64,000 bases of DNA from Blastocatellia bacterium (lineage in GTDB: Bacteria > Acidobacteriota > Blastocatellia > UBA7656): positions 5,444-69,443 of the forward strand of contig DASUNP010000110.1 of assembly GCA_036277095.1 (NCBI GenBank), given 5' to 3'. Positions 59,850 through 64,000 of the stretch are shown here, piece by piece; within the stretch, counting starts at the first letter, position 1, and every line of letters starts with the position of its first letter. The position numbers and the translations under genes were made by a program. The notes beneath the pieces were generated by a model. It saw nothing but the letters and a program-made list of their open reading frames with translations. It was not told where the DNA came from and made no database searches.

Positions 59850-60003
59850 GTCGACTTACTTTCTAACTACCTGTTCCCATTCCGCAGTAAGATTAAGATT
59901 ACTGGCGAGCCGCCAAATATGCAATAAGCCGCAGCCCGATCCTTTTTTATAACTTGAAGAACGAACTGCGATCATTATATTCTTGCCCCCGGCGAAACTG
60001 TTA

Positions 60004-62025
60004 ATGACGATGAGATTCTTACCCTCGCGTTTGTTCAATCAAGTGCATGGCTGGCTCTCGCGAACGATCCCGACATCCGGCTCACAAAACTTTGAGGCCG
60101 TAACCGGGAAAGGCAACTATAAAACTCTACTCTTAGCTTTTCTCGTTATATTCGTTACTTCGATGGGCATCCGGCTTTTGCACTGGCATGACGAGCGGCT
60201 CGACTTTCAGCGGAAAGATTCATTGAGCACATCCCTGGTGACAGGCTACGAGCGCGAAGCGAACCGTATGCTCGAACAAGGAACCATTCTTTATCCGCGC
60301 GAGCCCGTTGACCCCGGAGATGCGCGCATGCTTGTCCACCCGCCAGGGTATTCCGTGCTGATCGCCGCATTTCAGAAAATGTCCGGGGATGCGCACACAG
60401 GCTTGAGGCTGGCGCAGATCATCTGCGATTCAATATCGGCATTGCTGGTTTTTCTCATCGCGGCGGAGTTGTTGCCCTTCATCGTCTCGCTCATCGCAGG
60501 CGCGCTCGTAGCTCTCTCCCCGCATCTCGCCGGATATTCCCTGTGGCTTTCGGCGGATTCGATTGCGGTGTTGCCTATTCTTTTGTCTGTCTACTTGATT
60601 GTCAGGGCGATCAAAAAGCCCCGGCTAATAACAATTATCAGCGCGGGAGCGAGCGTCGGCTTATCGTGCTGGCTCAGATCAAACGCGCTGCTGCTCGCAC
60701 TCTTTCTTGCCGTCGTTATTTTTTTGCTGTTCGAGCGCGCTCGCAAGCTGCGTTACTCTGTAGCCTTCATCGCAGCGTTTCTCTTAATCATTGCGCCGAT
60801 CACCATCCGCAACCTATTGGTGTTTGATAGCTTCATCCCGCTTTCGCTCGGCGCGGGAATAACTTTAATCGAGGGCATTGCCGATTACGACACGGACCAG
60901 AGATTTGGAATGCCGCAATTTGACAAAGATGTTGTGGTCAAGGAGGCCGAGTGGCATGGCCGACCTGATTATGAGGAAAACCTCTGGCGCCCGGACGGCG
61001 TCGAACGCGAGCGAGCGCGATTTGCCCGTGGCCTTGCGGTGGTTAGATCGAACCCCGGCTGGTTTTCAGGCGTCATGTTACGCCGCTGCGCTTTCATGCT
61101 GAGGTACAACGATTCAGGCCCTAGCAATTGGCCGTTGAACACCTCACAGGCGCCGATAGTTTCAGCCGAGCCCGGTTTCAGTCATCAAATTCCGCCTACC
61201 GGTGCGCTTACGCCCGTATGGACCGCTTCGCCCATAGATTTAATGGCTTCCGGCCTGCCCGTGTCGGCGGAGGCAGAGATCAGGCTAGCGCCCGGTAACG
61301 CGGCGCTGGAAATCAGGGGCGACGGCTCTCAGTTCGGAGATCAGTTTGCTTCCGGGCTTATAGCCGTGCAGAAGAATACCGATTACGTTCTCACGATTCC
61401 GGCAAACCTCATAAACCCCGGCATGGCTGTTAAGGTGACGAGCGCGGATTACCGCGTCACGCTCGCATCAGTGATTTTGGAGGAGTCTAAGAAAAAGAAG
61501 AGACGGCGCGGCGCAGAGAGCTTGGATTCAGACAGTGATGAATCGATGCCTTTGATCGATCTGCCATTCGCGAGTGGCGACAGGACCGAGGTGCGCCTCG
61601 TGGTCGTCAATAATCACCCGTCGTCGTCGCGCCCGCTCGTCGAGCTAGGGCAGGCGGAAGTAGTCGAGGCCGGGCCGACTGCATACTTGTGGACACGGGG
61701 GCCGCGCGCCTTGATACTCGGCATTCAAAAAAACCTGTTCAAAACCGATCTCATGCTGCCGCTTGTTATTGCCGGAATTGTTTTGCTGGCGCTCGTCAGG
61801 CATAAGCGCGCGCTTCTAATCATGCTTGCGGTGCCCGTTTATTACTTCTGCACACAGTCGGCGCTGCACACGGAATACAGATACATTTTATCGATCCACT
61901 ATTTTCTATTCATGATGGCGGCGGTGGCGCTTTACTGTGCGGGGGCGATTATCGGTCAGACCGCAACCCGGCTCGGAGCCTCTCTCAGAAGAATCGCCCG
62001 CCGCGCTCAAGGTCGCTCGCTTTGA
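60004..62025 (+). CDS. Polytopic membrane protein, GT-C/PMT_2-like (ArnT / dolichyl-phosphate-mannose mannosyltransferase-like) glycosyltransferase candidate
   Basis: Multiple TM helices. HPPGYSVLIAAF resembles the conserved PMT_2/ArnT N-terminal loop motif. The ORF track begins at TTG 59983; the first ATGs are at 60004 and 60010. Confidence 0.5.
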   Translation: MTMRFLPSRLFNQVHGWLSRTIPTSGSQNFEAVTGKGNYKTLLLAFLVIFVTSMGIRLLHWHDERLDFQRKDSLSTSLVTGYEREANRMLEQGTILYPREPVDPGDARMLVHPPGYSVLIAAFQKMSGDAHTGLRLAQIICDSISALLVFLIAAELLPFIVSLIAGALVALSPHLAGYSLWLSADSIAVLPILLSVYLIVRAIKKPRLITIISAGASVGLSCWLRSNALLLALFLAVVIFLLFERARKLRYSVAFIAAFLLIIAPITIRNLLVFDSFIPLSLGAGITLIEGIADYDTDQRFGMPQFDKDVVVKEAEWHGRPDYEENLWRPDGVERERARFARGLAVVRSNPGWFSGVMLRRCAFMLRYNDSGPSNWPLNTSQAPIVSAEPGFSHQIPPTGALTPVWTASPIDLMASGLPVSAEAEIRLAPGNAALEIRGDGSQFGDQFASGLIAVQKNTDYVLTIPANLINPGMAVKVTSADYRVTLASVILEESKKKKRRRGAESLDSDSDESMPLIDLPFASGDRTEVRLVVVNNHPSSSRPLVELGQAEVVEAGPTAYLWTRGPRALILGIQKNLFKTDLMLPLVIAGIVLLALVRHKRALLIMLAVPVYYFCTQSALHTEYRYILSIHYFLFMMAAVALYCAGAIIGQTATRLGASLRRIARRAQGRSL

Positions 62026-62542
62026 TCACGATCTGGTCGCCTTCGATTGCATTCGCAATGCCGATAGGGTTGCAGCCGCCCGCCACTTTGTTTATCAGCG
62101 ATGAGTGAAACTTCAATCCGCAGTTGTTGCAGATCATCTCGTCGCCTTCCTGATGATAGCCCTTCTTGGCGTGGTAGCATGTGTCGCACGCGTCGAGCGC
62201 GGCGCGGTAAACGCCGTCAGAACTCTTCATCACAAAAAAGCGCACGGACCGTTTGTCAGCCGTGTTGTAGTCGAAAAACTTCGCCTTAGCGCTGATATCG
62301 GATATCGGAATTCTTACGTCGCTCGCCTGATTACCGCTCGCTTGATTGCCGCTCGCCGCCTGGTTAGTCGTGGTCACTGTGCTCGACGACGGTTTGTCGC
62401 TCGAAGCGTTGAACACCACGTAAACGCCCAGGGCGACGGCGATCAAGGCGGGGATTATGATCCACGCCTTGCTTTTCGATTTAGTATTGCCGGAAAACTG
62501 TTCCCTCTTCTTCTCGCGCGTCTGGTTCTGCATGCTCGACAC
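61985..62542 (-). CDS. Membrane-anchored Cys-rich protein (DUF2318/FtrD-like candidate)
   Basis: N-terminal TM AWIIIPALIAVALGVYVVF. S/T/Q-rich linker with ASGNQ repeats. C-terminal domain with CDTC ... CNNCG cysteine pairs. Converges on and overlaps the previous gene by ~41 nt. Confidence 0.45.
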   Translation of the reverse strand: MSSMQNQTREKKREQFSGNTKSKSKAWIIIPALIAVALGVYVVFNASSDKPSSSTVTTTNQAASGNQASGNQASDVRIPISDISAKAKFFDYNTADKRSVRFFVMKSSDGVYRAALDACDTCYHAKKGYHQEGDEMICNNCGLKFHSSLINKVAGGCNPIGIANAIEGDQIVIKASDLERGGRFF

Positions 62543-62705
62543 TCCTTCGGGTTCTATGTGCTGCGCAGATATTATATCAACCGCTCTGTCAAAACTGAAT
62601 TAGCTGTGACTCGCGGCGCGCCGGGTGATATATTTATAGATAATGTGGCGCTTCTGATCACCTCCCCTAATTTGAAACGTTATCACACGACCGGGAGATC
62701 GAAGC

Positions 62706-63671
62706 TTGTTTTTTCAAGAACCTGTAGCCCCGCCGCCGCCGTCTTCGGAAACCGAGCAGATCGCACCGCCTTCGCTCGGCGACACGATTCTTGAGAAGAT
62801 TATTTACTACCTGAATTACCCTTTCGTAAATCAGAAAGAGTTTAAAGTCTCCGCGCTCAGCCTGCTTCTACTTATCGTCGTGATAATAATCGCGTGGATG
62901 GTCTCTCGCTACGCCAGGCGATTCTTGAAGAACCGCGTGTTGCCGAAATCGCACATCGATGTCGGGCTGCAATACACGCTCCTCAGAGTGCTTCATTACC
63001 TGGTCATCACCCTGGGTCTTATTTACGGCTTGAAGGTAGGCTTCTCGATAGACCTGACGAGCATCGCCGTCATACTGGGCTTTTTGTCCGTAGGCATTGG
63101 CTTTGGCCTTCAGTACATCGCTTCGGATATGGTGTCCGGCTTCATACTGCTTTTCGAAAGGCCCGTCCGCGTCGGCGACCGCATAAAGATAGATGACGTT
63201 GAAGGGCGCGTTGAGAACATCAGCGTGCGCTCTACGCTGATAATCACGAACGAGAACATGGCCGTCATCGTGCCGAACTCGCAACTGGTCCAGCGAAAAT
63301 TCATCAACTGGTCTTACAACGCGGAGCCCGTGCGCATAGACATACCTATAGGCGTCGCCTACGGGAGCGACCTCGATAAAGTCTCCGCCGCCCTCGTCCA
63401 GGCGGCCAGGGCTGTTAAAGAGGTTCTACACGATCCGCCGCCGCGCCCGCACTTCAAGGGCTTCGGCGATTCGGCGCTCGATTTCGAGATTCGCGTCTGG
63501 ATAAACGAGCCTCACAAGCACCCGCAGATTCGCAGCAAGCTCAATTTTCAGATCGACAGCGCGTTTCGCGAGCACGGCATAGAAATACCATTCCCACAAC
63601 GCGACCTGCGCATTCGCGCGGGCGCTTTGCGCATTGAGCGAGACAAGATCGATATCGAAGAGGGGTCGTAA
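62706..63671 (+). CDS. Small-conductance mechanosensitive channel (MscS family)
   Basis: TM helices followed by the MscS core ASDMVSGFILLFERPVRVGDRIKIDDVEGRVENISVRSTLIITNENMAVIVPNSQLV...INWS. Apparent TTG start (no in-frame ATG before TM1). Confidence 0.8.
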   Translation: MFFQEPVAPPPPSSETEQIAPPSLGDTILEKIIYYLNYPFVNQKEFKVSALSLLLLIVVIIIAWMVSRYARRFLKNRVLPKSHIDVGLQYTLLRVLHYLVITLGLIYGLKVGFSIDLTSIAVILGFLSVGIGFGLQYIASDMVSGFILLFERPVRVGDRIKIDDVEGRVENISVRSTLIITNENMAVIVPNSQLVQRKFINWSYNAEPVRIDIPIGVAYGSDLDKVSAALVQAARAVKEVLHDPPPRPHFKGFGDSALDFEIRVWINEPHKHPQIRSKLNFQIDSAFREHGIEIPFPQRDLRIRAGALRIERDKIDIEEGS

Positions 63672-63685
63672 AGCTGACACTATCT

Positions 63686-63771
63686 CACCGCAGAGACGCA
63701 GAGAACGCGGAGGTTACACAGAGAAAAACTCTGCGCCTCCTCTGTGTCCTCTGCGTCTCTGCGGTGAATCC
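63686..63771. repeat. REP/MITE-like dispersed hairpin repeat, copy 2
   Basis: TCACCGCAGAGACGCAGAGAACGCGGAGG...CCTCCTCTGTGTCCTCTGCGTCTCTGCGGTGAATC, immediately after the MscS stop. Same core as copy 1. Confidence 0.6.
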
Positions 63772-64000
63772 TCTTCCATTCATTTGCGCGTAGCTTGACG
63801 ATTGCTGACACGACACTTAAACTTGAATTCAGTATTTGTGTTGCATCACCTTCTTCTAAAACATTATTGGCCGCGCGCAAGCGCCGATTAAACAGATGCT
63901 TGAAAGCTTATGGCACACAACCTTTTCAACTCACTCCAAACCTTTACAGTCAACCGCAACCTGACGGGCGAGTTTTACTCTCTGCCGCAACTTGAGAGCG

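Noticed and set aside
62105-62794. 229-aa + strand ORF overlapping the Cys-rich membrane protein gene
   Set aside because: The minus-strand frame has a TM anchor and paired-Cys domain. The plus frame is R-rich low complexity.

Overview
High-GC (about 63-67% in sampled stretches) bacterial window dominated by a co-directional tandem array of 19 paralogous genes (18 complete, 1 truncated at the window start). Each encodes an ~806-842 aa double-FtsX / MacB-periplasmic-domain permease with the 'acidobacterial duplicated orphan permease' (ADOP-like) architecture. The array occupies 1..54174 on the + strand with very short intergenic junctions. Many junctions are built from phased heptanucleotide tandem repeats, some arranged as long G-rich/C-rich inverted arms that include the downstream ribosome-binding site. 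The array is interrupted at 7973..12561 by a visibly lower-GC insertion. This insertion carries a minus-strand STAND NTPase (N-terminal PNP/MTA-nucleosidase-like domain, NB-ARC ATPase, C-terminal TPR), divergently paired with a REC-PP2C (SpoIIE-type) response regulator. A few secreted or periplasmic genes are embedded in the array: a 34-aa-repeat secreted protein, a small secreted protein, a membrane-anchored amidohydrolase translationally coupled to the preceding permease, and a DUF4097-like beta-repeat protein. Downstream (54.2-64 kb) lie an Uma2-family endonuclease, Crp/Fnr-type and XRE-type regulators, a secreted alpha/beta hydrolase, a conventional ABC ATPase + single-FtsX permease operon, a GT-C/PMT-like membrane protein, a Cys-rich membrane protein and an MscS channel. 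No rRNA, tRNA or CRISPR array was seen. The taxon is probably Acidobacteriota, inferred only from the ADOP-type expansion. Coordinates of non-ORF elements may be off by 1-2 nt because they were counted by eye.
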